DNA of 63,193 bases, filler included, from Choristocarpus tenellus KU-1152 (Eukaryota; Protista; Phaeophyceae), in assembly GCA_964200185.2 (NCBI GenBank). It is 11 parts of 11 records of this genome, joined end to end, with 100 filler letters (N's around TTAATTAATTAA, not from the genome) between each part and the next. Parts side by side here need not be neighbours in the genome. Positions count along the whole stretch, not along the records: positions 39,239 to 42,351 come from CAXNAD020022243.1; positions 42,452 to 47,511 come from CAXNAD020012000.1; positions 47,612 to 54,702 come from CAXNAD020006721.1; 8 more parts are not named here. One strand, written 5' to 3'. The translations under genes and the position numbers were made by a program. Below are positions 39,609 through 52,687 of the stretch, piece after piece. The notes under the pieces were generated by a model, which worked only from the letters and a program-made list of their open reading frames with translations, was not told the DNA's origin and made no database searches. The stretch's first letter is position 1. Each line of letters begins with the position of its first letter.

Positions 39609-40287
39609 ATGGAGGCGTGCATTACTGAGCTCCTTCGATCGGCAACGAAACCTGCTTCTTCGCAGTATCGAGTGCAGACTCAACTCCTCACCCAAGCCAT
39701 ATACGACCATGGGTTCAGGTTCATCATGGCTAGTAAAGGGGCCGTTTCTCTAGTTTTCGGGGATGAATGCTACATCCACGAGCCCATGCAGGTTAAACTC
39801 GGCGATCGTGGAGGGAAGCCAGGAGTGAACGTATCTTAGAGGGTGTTAATTTTGCCCTGATTGTTCATTCGAGGCTTGACTTCCCATGTTTTTTTAATGA
39901 CAATTTCTATTCCAAAATATTTCGAATAGGTATAATGTATACCTTGTGAAAAGGTGTGTCCAGAACAAGGATGTTGAAACGTCCTAACAAAAATGATAGC
40001 CAAAACTACATCAAAATCGCACCATTGGATTGTTGTCCCCAAATGGACGCGGATCTACCCTCTAAGATACTTTGACCTCAGGCAACACATTGGGTTCCGA
40101 GCATGTGGAAGCACTCCATGCGAGGAAGGCCATCTTCTCGAGCCTTGTGAAGCCCGAACCTTGGAACAGCAGGTACTCTACACGCCTAAATATATGGCAC
40201 CTTCTTGTTGAGGCATACCTTAAGCTTGCAGAGTGGTGGGAGAAGGGTGACGAATGCAATTTCGAGTCCCCCCACCAATTGGAATAG
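39609..40287 (+). pseudogene. Unknown ORF X, copy 1 (C-terminal part), interrupted by MITE A
   Basis: After removing the MITE: YRVQTQLLTQAIYDHGFRF...CYIH...KPGNTLGSEHVEALHARKAIF...WNSRYSTRLNIWHLLVEAYLKLAEWWEKGDECNF; homologous to 50003-50416. Confidence 0.75.
39823..40078 (-). mobile_element. MITE family A (reverse) in ORF X
   Basis: Both TIRs; flank CAG/CAG, or CCAG/TCAG if one base was lost. Confidence 0.95.
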
Positions 40288-40969
40288 GGGTTCAGTCACT
40301 TCAGGTTTTTGTTGAAGTACGGATTGAGTTACAGGTACACTGATTTATGCATCAGTGTACCTTGCCTTGGTGTCCGACTACCATGTTCATGCACTTTCCA
40401 TTCGATGAGATGTGCATTTAGACAGTGGTATCGGATACATTGCTACCAGTCAGAGTCGTCAGTGTATCATGTATCATGCTCATGTTGAGGATTAGAGCTG
40501 TGTTATTATATGTTTAAAAGAGCATGTCTGGTACAAGGCTTAGACTACTAGAATATAAAACATCAATTAAACAACACTTCTCCATCTTCTCAGGTAACCC
40601 TTCCAAACAATTCGCCAAGGCCTGCAACGGATACCCTGTCCTTTTCAAAGCCGCTAGTTATTCCTTGAACACTATAACGCACCTCCCCCCTGCTTCTCAA
40701 TACTCCATGCGCCATCTCATGATTTGTCCAAGTGTCGACAAACTAGAACCGATCTCGTCCTCCTTCGAATCTTGGAGGATCATACACTGAAGTCCACGCA
40801 TGATTCTCCTAAGCACAGCACCAATCCAGGACCTCTGGAAGTGTATCTTGAAATACATTCAGAGAAACGTACGTCAATAGACCTTGACCAATATCCATTC
40901 GTATGCACCCCCAGAATCCGTCCACACAGTACATGAAAGATACAGTACACTAACCCGAAAACAAAACCT

Positions 40970-41590
40970 GACCCTTTTCCCTTCCTTCATACCAACAACT
41001 TCAACCCTAACACCCTCAGCAACAACCACGTTTGTTGTTTACATACTAAATCCGACACATGCATGCAAATGAACGAAGTACTATATTTAAAACAGTACAT
41101 GATATATGTTTTGGTTCCTCGTGCACACACTGGGAGTACAGACCTTAACTGACCGTCCTCTTTGTGCACATACAAGACACGACTCATGCAAGTAATAATC
41201 GAAAAACCCAACCTCGCAACAGTCCGTAGTCTTTTTTTCAATTCCTCATCCTAACAGTGGGAAAACACACCCTAACCGACAGCCCTCTTTATGTGCTAAC
41301 CAAATCCCACTCATGCAACCAGACAAACCAATAGCCAGCCCTGGAACAACCTAACCCATACCTCTTATTCTTCATCGTAACTGCACGACCAACATACATA
41401 AACCAATAGTCCAGTTTGAACAGCCTCGAAACCTGACACATGCAAACGTTGAAACTCCTAACCAAACCCAAATAAATGGTGGCATATATTCCCATTCCTC
41501 TTGCGTACGCAAGGACAGAAAGGAACCTAACCAACAGTCTTCTTTTTTTTTGCTGACATTTCAAATCCGACACGTGCGACCAAATCACAC
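40970..41590. repeat. Degenerate ~128-bp tandem repeat, about 5 units
   Basis: AAATCCGACACATGC-like motif at about 41048, 41174, 41302, 41428 and 41563, with recurring CCTAACC and TTCCTC motifs in register. Confidence 0.7.
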
Positions 41591-41619
41591 CAAAAAGTAA
41601 AAATCAACAAAGGTTAAAA

Positions 41620-41657
41620 AGCGGACGCCGACCCCCCCCCCCCAGAGACTTTGACCC
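41620..41657. mobile_element. Family B terminus (right end of a large element)
   Basis: GCGGACGCCGA-C12-AGAGACTTTGACCC. Confidence 0.7.
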
Positions 41658-42268
41658 AGCTAGAATGTGTGAAACGTCTTCATTGAGGGGGGTGGTATGG
41701 GTGTACGTTGATCCGTGATAGATGGTGCCGTTTCTATTTCCAACAAGTTTTTTGTGTTGCCCACGGCATTTGTGACTAAATTAGAGGGTAAGGTCTTGCT
41801 AGGGTGGTACGTTGCGAGAGAGTAAAGAGTAGAGGATTTGTCACAGGCGATGAGTCTCAGTGGGAGTTTCATAAATGCCATTATGACCTTGACGTCCCAG
41901 ATTTCGATTTTATATTTCGTGCTTGACTATTTTTTTAATTCTTTGTAAGACCGTACATACCTCGTGCATGCTTGTGCAGTCCTTTTTGTATACCCCAATC
42001 AAAGCAATGTGAACGATCGAAGTAGGAGATCTAGTATACTTGAAGATATTTTCACTAAGGCGCCCTCTACGAGCCTCATCATCGACCGGCAGGCTTGTGG
42101 ATTGGAGCTACATATTCCATGATGGCAAGCTTGTGGAGTGTTTCACTGAAGCCCTACCTTACCTCTTCATACCAGACAAAATACTCAGCTCACCACATGG
42201 GACTTTTGTTGGCTACTTGGTATGTCCTGGAATCATCTACATGTCCACTTCTCTCGAATTGAGGGGAA

Positions 42269-42351
42269 GAGCCAAAGTATCTTAGAAGGTAGAGCAGCGT
42301 CCATTTGCGAGTCAAAATACAATGTTGTGATTTTGATATAATTTTGGCTAT
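42269..42351 (+). mobile_element. MITE family A, partial (contig end)
   Basis: GAGCCAAAGTATCTTAGAAGGTAGAGCAGCGTCCATTTG. Confidence 0.92.
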
Positions 42352-44463
42352 NNNNNNNNNNNNNNNNNNNNNNNNNNNNNNNNNNNNNNNNNNNNTTAAT
42401 TAATTAANNNNNNNNNNNNNNNNNNNNNNNNNNNNNNNNNNNNNNNNNNNNGGATGGGCAGACATTCATGGATGACACAAAAACATGGGGTGGGTAGGGG
42501 GGACGGTTGGGGAGGGGGGAGGGGGGGGTACACAAATCACAGAGCCCCCTCCCCCCCCCTCAAAAAAGGGCAGTCTAACCTCTCCTTTGAGAGACAAATT
42601 ACAACCGAACTTCTCAGCGTAACAAGTAGTTTCAAGAACCTGAGTAGCATGGGATAAGGACGTTCCCTACGAGTCAGGCCGTGCCTACAAAAAAAACCCC
42701 CAAATAATAGTGCTCTAATCCAAAAGTTACAGTGAGTCGGTGGGGGGAAGCGACTCGAATGATGCCGAAGAGACTAGCAAGATTCATTTTTTTCTGCAGT
42801 GGCATCAACAATACATTTATTTATTTTTTAATTGAGGCAACAACAGAGTCTGACGGAAACCACCTGCGCGTCTTGCACATGTAGACAGACCACACCTGTC
42901 CAAGACTTACCGCTTCAATGTAATACAGTACGTATTACAACCCACATTACACAGCTCTACCTCAAAATAGACAAAAGAGAGAGAGAGAGAGCTGTTCTTC
43001 TGTCGTTCCCCCCTCGAGTCCCACTACCTCGTGGCGGTTACAACTTCAGATTCCGGCCGCATTGAACGAAGTATTTCTCAGACCTCGACTGTCACAGGTT
43101 GAAGTTTCTCATGTGCACAGTCACCACGAAGGGGAGAAGTCCTAAGACAACCGTCAGGGACTCCCCCCCGACCATGATATAGATGCGTGGTCAGGGGCTG
43201 AATTTGTGTAACCTCAAAACCAGTATGCAGGCACTGGAATGATTATTGGTATTTGAACACACAACAAGCGCTGTGGCCTCTGCCACAAACCCAGACCACT
43301 CTCTGTTGCACTCAATAGAATCCAGGTAAGAAATTTTGGTTCAATGTTGGGACCAAGAGACCTTCACCCTGGTCGTAAGGACAAAGAAGCAATAGATAGT
43401 TAATATATAGATATGTATGTATGAACGCAGTCGTCACCACTGCTAAGGAACAAGAAACAGACTTCTTTCCATTACAAACACAAAGGGCAAAAGGAGAATC
43501 ACTCAAGACAGCCTCAACACTTTGATGAGTTACTGATCGATGATGAGAAACCGATTTTCTCGCAGATGTAAGAACTGATACCACTTTGTTCGTCATACTG
43601 TTGTTGACCTCAAACCAGAGAAGGATATTTGAGTTTCCTGAAAAGCCTTCCTGCACATACAAGCGAGGGAACAGCTGCCGTACCGATCATTGTGCGCCAA
43701 AAAACAGTACAAACCCGACTACTTACCATTTCTCAGGGTCAACCCGCCTCAGGAATTGTGTGTCAACTCTCCCTCGAACCCTTTGTCGTGAGCGAGTCAG
43801 TACCCTTTCCAGCATATTCCTTAATCCAATCTCGAGCCAATCTTGCTTAACTATCTCTGAGCAAAGCTCTTTCCTGTGTCGACAATAAAAGACCTACCAC
43901 ACAGCAGGCTCCAATTTATTGATACCCTATCAAAAAAATACTACGGTGTCCCCACTCTCATGTATGCAACAGATCCTTCACACGGAGTTCGGCAATACAT
44001 ATCGATGTTGGGAATCAGGTGGTTCTTCCCCTCCACCTGGAACTGGAATCCAAAAATGTTCCATGCATTGAAATTTGGGTTGTATCGCCTTGAAAAATGA
44101 ATCACTGTGGCTGATCATTGTGGCTAAAAAATACGCAAGCCTCGTGTACGCCTTGCTACTTTCCTGCCGCCTCTTCTCGAGTCGAAACGGACTGCAGCAG
44201 GGTAGTAGAATCTACTCCACTAATCGTGTGGTATTGAAAGCTAGTGAGGATTCGGTATGAGTATATGTTACGCTTACACAGTGTCCAGGGAATTTCAAGA
44301 CTGCCAAAAACAGTGTGACGGAAAGGGAGGATAACAGGATCTCTTCCTTGGATCATGTGGATTGGAAAGGATGGCCAGTTACGTGTAACCCTTACCCAAC
44401 ACCTAAGGAGTGTGAAGACTGGTGTCAGAAAACGGACTCTTTGTGGGGCAAAAATGTCCTCAC

Positions 44464-44632
44464 CTGCTTCCCAATATTGCGGATGAGGGCTGTCTTGGCC
44501 ATTCCATTGGTCATCCCAGCACTTAGACCACCTTCCTCCCCAGGATGAGCCAGCTCCGGCTCTGAAGCATCCTGCTGCATACTTTTCGATTTCACTTCGC
44601 CCATCCCTAAGGATCCTGATCGTCTTATGATC
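44464..44632 (-). CDS. Putative internal exon of an unknown multi-exon gene (further candidates about 43300-45146)
   Basis: TTTTTTGTGTCCAG acceptor and AAGCAG|GTGAGG donor; two frames are open. No recognisable domain. Confidence 0.4.
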
Positions 44633-47611
44633 CTGGACACAAAAAACTTGAGAGGTGAGGACAGGTGGCAAATGGAGTGTCATCCGACAAGAAATCACGA
44701 CTAGCTCGTTATCATCCTCACCTCTTGTTCGTGCGCCCTCTCTCTCTCTTCCGTGCAGCATACACAGCATCATCATCATATCCAGCAGAAACCTCCATCC
44801 CCAGATTAGGGTGTCTTTCCTTCCCGAAATCGCGTGTTGGGTTTGGACCGTCAGTCGCACCAATGTTCCATACAATCTACTTTCAAAAAAATTGTGGAGT
44901 TCTGTCTATCTCCTTCCACCTCCCTCTTCCTCTCCCCAGTACCACCTAACTTTGCTTCCTTTCCCCGAAAAGGAAGGTTTCAACCCTGCTTCTCTTCTCT
45001 CCGTTGTCTTTAAGCTTCCCTTGTCGTTGAGCGGTTCGTGTTGCTGTTGACGACCACTCTCTCATCTCTACACCCAACGGCTGTTCATCTTTTCTCTTAT
45101 TTCTCACTGGTCGATCGTTCATCTTTTGTGGTTGGGATATTGGCATGGAATAGTTTGTTTAGTTTCTTCCATATTCATCGAGAAGAAGAATCAATACTTT
45201 TAAAGTGAAGGGATACATTCTAGTCTTATTGTTCATTACATCAAGTTAAGTGATATATATAATATATTCAAAATATCACCCTCAAAAAAAGATCGAACTA
45301 TTCCGAAAGATGATTGATATTTTTTGATCAAATAAAGTTTCGTTGAAGATTGGAAGGTTCTACGATACATCTTCAAACAACAGAGAATTTCATATACTAT
45401 CAATTCTATCTATATCTTTTCTAACTCTCTTTCTTGTGAAAATATTCCACTTGTGAAGATATTGAACCCCTTTAAACCACTGGACCATCCTATCTGTTTT
45501 GTCAAATAGACGTGGTCAAAAAGTCAATAACTGAGACCTCCACAACTCTATTCGAAAAGTACATTTAACCGCAGTTTCCACTGGAACTGGTGAAGAAGAA
45601 ACAGATGCCAATATTTCTCAATAGATGGATTTTTTCACACCGATTATTTTAAAACTTAGAAACTCTCTTGAGAAAATTTCAAATGGAATTTGGGTTGACT
45701 TTGTGAAGAATTACAGATGTCAATGTTTTTCATTCCCTGATCAAGTCGATAGAGATAATTGGAAAAAGTAATTACTATTACAATTTATGTGCACAAAGTC
45801 ACTCTAAAGACAGTCACTCTGCAACCATCTGTGTGGAATTGGGAATATAGTCATTTTAATATTACAATAAATTATGACAATAGTACTCTCTTATATTGTA
45901 CTATTAATACTGCTATTACTATTGAAGTTGTATGTAGTGTTGTGAATGGAATGGTCAATCAACTTCAGTTTAATCGATTAGAATAACCGAATAACCGAAT
46001 AACCGAAAATATTATCACTGTAACACAACTCTAAGTAGCCCTGAACAGAAACACATCCTTGTCGCAAGGTGTCACTCACTACTCACAACTCACTACGATT
46101 TTTGGATCACTGTGCATGGCTTTGGATCTCACTGACGTCTGTGGAGGGCTTCTTGGATTTTTTTTTACCCTGTACAGCCACACTTCAATTCGGTTCAGTT
46201 TGATAGATCGAATATTCTCTCTAATCGATTTAATTGTTGCAGTCGTAAATCCTTTCTGTTCACAACACTAGATACTTCATTCACTAGTGGCCTTACCTCG
46301 TTTACCTTATTATGTTCATATAATAAATTCTGGATAATTGAAATATTTTTTCAATACCCTACCATTATCTTCAGATCCACTTTCCCCAACCAAAACATCA
46401 GACCCATCACACACAACAATTTGACCTGGATTGGACAACAAATCACTCTTTCAAAACATTGTATGTGATTCGGAAATTGTCACTTCTTGCATGTTACATA
46501 GTTTGACTTAAATCTTCTACAAACACATGTTCGAACAACGCCACTATAGTTTGTTATCATACCTCCAACAAAATCGTTCCCTGCAACTAATGTATTGGGA
46601 TTGTCCTCAACTGCGCCTGCCAAGGTCCACAATACTACCCATTGTCTCCAGGTCCGGGACAATTGATGATGTGGAAAGCCTTTCTTAAGTCATTGGGATC
46701 ATTCCGCCACATCAATTCCACACAACTACGATCATATATATTTTTTAAGTTCATATTATGTGGGTACGTGGTTTCAGAAAGATGTAAATCTCACCAAAGC
46801 ATCATTTAATCCCCTATCCATATTGGTCCAGAACTATTCTGGAGGGTGGGGGTGGAAAAAAATTACTTCCGTTATTCCCTCCAATCTCTCCTCTCTCAGT
46901 TTGTCATCGAATTCTCTCTCCACTTCTCAGTCACATAAGGCTTGGGATTGGCGCAGAACAATCGGTTACCCTCTCCACTACAGAGCAACATCTCACTTTT
47001 TTCCCATCGCATTCATTTGCTTACATGTTTGAGAAGCTATGGTAGTAGCTCTTTGATGTTGTTGAGGATGTGGATGAGAGATACGAGAAACGTAAATAAG
47101 AAGTGTGTAAGGGAAGGTCGAATATCATGCTCGTCAAATGAATGTGTTGATGAAGATGTTGAAATATTCCACACTGGACCCACCCGTGGCTTTGGTGTTT
47201 GGATGAAAGACAGTGAATAGCTTGGTGTAGATATGCAAAGTTAATATTACAAGGGGCTCGTGGCCTCGATTCCGCTGACTATGTGGGTAAGACTATAGCC
47301 TAGACTACAATTTTTATTTCTATAGTGTGGGGTTTGTAATCGTCCACATTCATTTACTATGAATCACTTTTTCACTTGTCTGAAGTTTAGAAAGTGTATC
47401 TTGTGTTAATCATGTGATTCTGTGGCGGCGTGGTTCACTCAGGCAAGGGCGGCGAAGAGAATCACCGGGCAAGACGGACTACATGAACAAGGACGAACCG
47501 TGACCGAGGGTNNNNNNNNNNNNNNNNNNNNNNNNNNNNNNNNNNNNNNNNNNNNTTAATTAATTAANNNNNNNNNNNNNNNNNNNNNNNNNNNNNNNNN
47601 NNNNNNNNNNN

Positions 47612-47680
47612 CCGTGTCCGTTTGGGGGCCAAAATCCAATGTTGCGATTTTGATGTAATTTTGGCTATCGTGTTTGTTAG
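47612..47680 (+). mobile_element. MITE family A fragment
   Basis: GTCCGTTTGGGGGCCAAAATCCAATGTTGCGATTTTGATGTAATTTTGGCTATCG. Confidence 0.9.
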
Positions 47681-47864
47681 CCCTTCTGCCTGTTTTTTTT
47701 TTTCACAATTCCACTATAAAACAGTACACAAATTGATTGAAATCAGGGTCGCTTCCAGCTGATCCTATGCACTTCCCAGCATGGTCATCCCTCATGGTGC
47801 CGTGGATCACCAATACCCCATATTGCCCGTCTTAGTCTGGGTGGGGGTAAGTCATCGAAGAGAT

Positions 47865-48442
47865 TATTGCCCGTTTGATCTCCTCATACTTGATGTCAGG
47901 GCATGGCGCACCTCATGTCAAGCAGTATAGTTGCCCTTTTAATTTTCTCTGACTTTGGTTCATTCAGCTGCTTGAAATCGGCAAATAGACGCTTGAGTTC
48001 AATTTTGAAGTCTGAGCTGTCCTATGATGCAGCATACCTAAGTTCTCGAAGCATTACCCTCAGCATGATAAGCTGCATGGGGATCTTGTCCTCCACTTGT
48101 CCTCCTTAGACTCTCTCTATTTCCAACCATTCCACTCTGCTGTCCGGCTCACCCTCGTTCTTGTATCTGGCAACAATTGCCAACGCTGACCCCTTCGTCG
48201 CTTGAATGAGCAGAAACCACAGGGATCTGTTGTTCTTGGTGTAGGTAAGCATTTGCCATGTGCTCTGCCGCCTCTGATGTGGTTGTGAGAGCCTCGGGGA
48301 TTTCATACTCCCTTGTAGTGATCTTGTACAGTCCCCGTTCCCCAGCATGGCCTACCAAAGACAGTCTCCAAGTGGACCAGGTCTCAAGTGACCGTGCTGT
48401 GGCCCCTGTCCAGACAGCAAGTTTCTTCAGATCGGTCTCCAT
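47865..48442 (-). mobile_element. Ty1/Copia gag relic
   Basis: NNRSLWFLLIQATKGSALAIVARYKNEGEPDSRVEWLEIERV*GG...LRELR...DSSDFKIELKRLFADFKQLNEPKSE resembles Copia gag (Retrotran_gag_2-like); contains stops. Confidence 0.7.
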
Positions 48443-48793
48443 ACCACTGAGGCTAATAACCTTTGCAATTAAACCTTGGAAACTATTGCTATTTGATCAG
48501 TAGTGAAAACAAGAAACAAAAAGAGGCGGGCCTCAGACAATTCCCCTTTGATGGATGTGAAATGAATGGGTAGATCAAATTATAAGAGTGATCATGTGGG
48601 GCGTCTTCGTATTGTTTGTCTTATTATTATTTATTGCCTCATACATAAGTCAACGGTTATATCAGAGTGGTTTAGCTGCAATACGAAACCCATACATAAT
48701 CCACACATATTATCCGGATATAGTATTTCATTAGCTACATCACATGGACTCAATCCAATGCCATAATCTCACCTACAAAAAAAGTGTTCACCT

Positions 48794-48860
48794 GGGCCAA
48801 ACTATCTGGGGGGACGAGGGCGGGTGTCCATTTGGGGTCCATTTTACCATATCGCGATTT
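48794..48860. mobile_element. Family B terminus (left end of a large element)
   Basis: GGGCCAAACTATCTGGGGGG...GTGTCCATTTGGGGTCCATTTTACCATATCGCG; same subfamily as 5640-5696. Confidence 0.8.
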
Positions 48861-50002
48861 TTGGGTAACTTGTTTATTCGCGGGGGATTGAAGGTGTATT
48901 TCGTAGATATGTGTGGATTACATTTAGTTATAGTTGTGTTAGGGTAAGTCCAGCAAAATATGCTGTCACTGCTTTGAGTATTTTTGAATTTGAACTTGAA
49001 TTAATGAAAAGAATGGTTGGGGATTGGTTTAGGTATATCGTGAAGTGCCCATGTTCGCGTGCTTTTGCTCATAAAGTATTGAAAAAAATTGTTGTTGATT
49101 AGGGTTAACTGGTGGTTTGTGCTTCGTGAGGTTAACATTTGTCTACATCCATTGTGAAGAAGCATGATTAATGGGGGGTTTTGAATTAGTTAGATTAGTT
49201 TGAATTAAACAATTAGTTTATCTATTTTTTGATGTGCGTATTGAATATTGTAATTTCTTATTTGGGCTTTTAAATTCAAGCAACCAAATTGTGTAAACGG
49301 TTTAAATATGGTCAGGTATGGCATCAAGAACTTCTTCACGTACGAATTGGTCGATAGTCTGGTTTGATGGAGGGTAGCCGAAGATAGTGCCTATGAAGTA
49401 TAGATTCCCAAACGGTATTACCCTGTGATCACCAAAGCACCCCATAACAATGAAGGGAAAACATGGCAAGGATTCTGGCGTTCACCAATATGGTGCAATG
49501 AGGACGATGTGCTGTGTTAGACATTGATTAGTGTTTAAGGCTATCGACCTCGCTTCGCATCAGAAGAAGAACGGTTATAGGGGGCGAAAAGATGTTATCC
49601 CACGGGATATTAGTATAGTATTTGTCAGAGCTGTGTCCTGTTGTAAACGCCGTGGCAAATACCTAAGCACAAATGAGAGCTAAAATATTGGACCAGAGCT
49701 GGTTCCTTAGTGAGAGAAGGACATATTCGACTTGACCAAGTCGCATAGTTCACAGCAGGAAGAAAATTTCTATGAATTTTTCTTGAATTAGGGTTACCCT
49801 GACAGTTCTAGCTCCAGAATCTCAAAAAATTGACCCAGATCATGCGAACTCCAGTCGCCGTACAGTTCCAAACACAGAGTCTACAAATTTTGGTCCAGAC
49901 CGTGCAAACCTGGCCGTTGGACACAGTGTGGAAGGAACAAAAATGCGGGAGTCTGCGACAAATACACCCTTACTTCAAGTTCGATCTGAAACCAAAAAAT
50001 AT

Positions 50003-50416
50003 CTACTTGAGCTGGTAAACATGAGTGAAGTCGCACCTCCCCTCCTTTCACCAATCTATAAGCTTAGGGTAAATCTCTGTCAACACATGCCAAAGATATA
50101 GGCGGGAGGAGTACTTGTCATTCCACAGTTCTTCCTCGACACAACTGAGGAACACAGCTTTTCTCGCAGCGAGGGCTTCTATATCCTGCGCACACAGCAT
50201 CCCCTTGGTATTACCCACACCATGACACAAGCCATCGAGGATTCCTTTGTGCATGTAGCAGTGATCGTCCAGGACAAGGAGACTAACAGCTTTGCCAGTC
50301 CGCATCAACCTAAATCCGTAGTCATGTATAACCTGTTGAAGGACACAGGTTTGCGCACGATAGTTTATACAGTACACAGAGGTAAGTACATCCATTTCTA
50401 ACTGTATTCCTACCAT
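50003..50416 (-). pseudogene. Unknown ORF X, copy 2 (C-terminal part)
   Basis: YRAQTCVLQQVIHDYGFRL...CYMH...IEALAARKAVF...WNDKYSSRLYLWHVLTEIYPKLIDW*, then after a frameshift CDFTHVYQLK*, matching the end of copy 1. Confidence 0.75.
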
Positions 50417-50473
50417 GACCGTATTTGCAACTCTGTTCTTCGATATATAAGATGTAAAGTATTAAAAAATATA

Positions 50474-52410
50474 CTACCTCCGTTCCATAAGTCTGTGCCG
50501 CGTTGTCCATAACTTTTGGAGATGATGAAATCCATTTCTGATAGAAGATTTGGAATTCTTAACGGATTTCTGGTTAGGGTCAGCTCTTTTTATTATTATT
50601 GCTCCCCATCCACCACAATTTTATCAGCCACAGAAAAAGCCTCCATGTCTACCTTGGCTGTGTTTCCAAGCTCACCAGACAACTCCTCTTCCTTATCCCT
50701 GTGTGCTCCACGCTGAAGTCATTCCCTCCATTATATCTAAGTACTTGATTGTACACCACAAAAAGGAGCTGCCAAGTCCTCTCAAGTGTGATTTCATCAT
50801 ACTCCTCATACCGTTTCTTCAGGACCTTCACCATTTCCTCGACGGACCCAAACCACTCCCCCATCACCCAGTATTTCAAAGATCTGAAGAAGCACAGGTT
50901 CATGATATTGAAGTCAGGGGGGTTAGATGGCTGCTTCACAAGCCTAATCGATCACCACTCAATCTTCCCTGCCCCTGACTACATTTCTGAGTTGTCCTAG
51001 CCTGTGTCGGGGGTGGTACAGCCTTGCTGAACGACAACATTTGTGCTTCCCCTGCAACCAAGGCATTTTGGTCTTGATTGAAGGCAGTAACTCCTCCGTG
51101 TACCACTTCCTGTACCACAAATGGCCTAGAGTACAGTCTTGCTCATACACATCCCTCTTTTTATGGTTCTTGCTTGTCCTGTCTGCTGGTGCACACACAC
51201 ACGCCAAACACCAAGCTTACCATCAAAGGTGTGAGCCGAATCTGGGCTTGCGTTGGCTGCAATGATCATGGTTTTGAGGATATGACTCTTGTGCTGCACA
51301 GTAGGGGACCCTGGAAGGTCGCTGTCACCCTCATACGAAAATACCCTGACCCTTTGAGTGGAAATATATTAGAGGGTACGAGTTATACCCTGTTTGTCCA
51401 TTTGGGGCTTGGCTTCCCATGGGTTTTCTTTTATTACATTTTCCATTCCAAAATGTTTTGGAGTAGGTCAAATGTATATGCTATGAAAAGGTGTGTCCGG
51501 AACAAGGATACTGACACTTCCTAACAAACACGGTAGCCAAAATACATCAAAATCGCAATATTGGATTTTGGCCCCCAAATGGACGCGGCCCTACCCTCTA
51601 AGATAGTTTGGCTCTTTTCCCCGTCAGCCATCACGTAAAACCAGGTTTCACCCACATGGATCGTGTTCACCTTGGAGGCGTACAAACCACGTTTCCGGTC
51701 CACTTGACTGCGAACAAAGGCCATTATAATTCTCCATACCTTTTGCCATGATTTAAGCTTAGGTTTGATCCAGCGGCGATTTACATGTCCTCCATATCAT
51801 CCAACCACCTGTTTATGGTGCTTGTGCTATAATTCAGCCCCTTGGCAGCCATCTTCATTGTCACCTGATGCACCATGGATGACCGATTATCGAAGTTGAT
51901 ACTACGTATTGAGACCATCTTGGTCGGTGTGAGCTCCGAAGGCCGCCCACTACATGCCGCCACCCCTAGGTCAAGCGTGTGGTCATGGGCGAGCTGATCG
52001 GGGACGTCCTCCCAGAGGCCTCGCATGTAATGCTTGGACACTCCAAACTCTGTTACGAGGGCCGGCCCAACGTGTCGCGGCATTTTATGCTCACCAGGGA
52101 CCATCATAAGGGCATACAGCACTGCAAGCGCAACCCTGGTATTCAGGGACAATTGGGCAACCTTCCTACACGGGGGAGGTGACGGAGGGGTTGCCATGCC
52201 GACGTTCTGACCTCAAATCACCCCAAAAGACCCCTACTTTGACAGCTTGAAGCACCTCGAGTTTGTACCTGATGATCCTCGAACCTCACCTTTTTTGAAA
52301 GCTGAGATTGACATCTCGATTTCATTCTGTGGGGTTATCATCCGATTCAGCACCGTTCTTGCTCGGCGAGCCCATATGTTTCACGGCATAAACTTACGGC
52401 ACAGAGCTAG
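50474..52410 (-). mobile_element. Full-length dead Tc1/mariner, plant-mariner/Stowaway-like (about DD40D)
   Basis: 29-bp TIRs (CTACCTCCGTTCCATAAGTCTGTGCCGCG, 7 mismatches to the other end) flanked by TA on both sides. Transposase motifs SGRP, IHVGETWFY, VVQQG, QPSNPPDFNIMNLCFF; all three catalytic Asp are mutated. Confidence 0.93.
51356..51614 (-). mobile_element. MITE family A inside mariner transposase
   Basis: Both TIRs; TSD CTTT/TTTT. The 4-bp reading gives the plausible continuation ADGERVRVF. Confidence 0.95.
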
Positions 52411-52687
52411 TATGTAGTTTGTGACTTCTGACAGTTTCAATAGCGACGCCTCGGCTTACTGTATTTTGAAATTCAAAAATATAATTTAAATTAGTCAAGC
52501 AATAAATTCGAGAGACTACAATTCAACTACGGTTGAAAGATAATACAGAACAATAATAAAAAACTCCAAAGTTACAAGATGGAACTTCAATCTTCTGGTA
52601 ATAAACGTAAGTAGACCATAATAAAGTGGTGGGTTAGCCCTCCTTTCCCATGGGAACAATATGGATGGAGTGAGGAGGTGGAGTAGG

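Noticed and set aside
40970-41590. CRISPR-like or regularly spaced array
   Set aside because: Units are long and degenerate throughout, with no identical repeats plus unique spacers and no cas genes, in a eukaryotic context.
43586-44548. Mutator-like transposase on the plus strand (ATDPSH; H...C...WC)
   Set aside because: Motifs are short and in different frames; splice signals favour a minus-strand gene.
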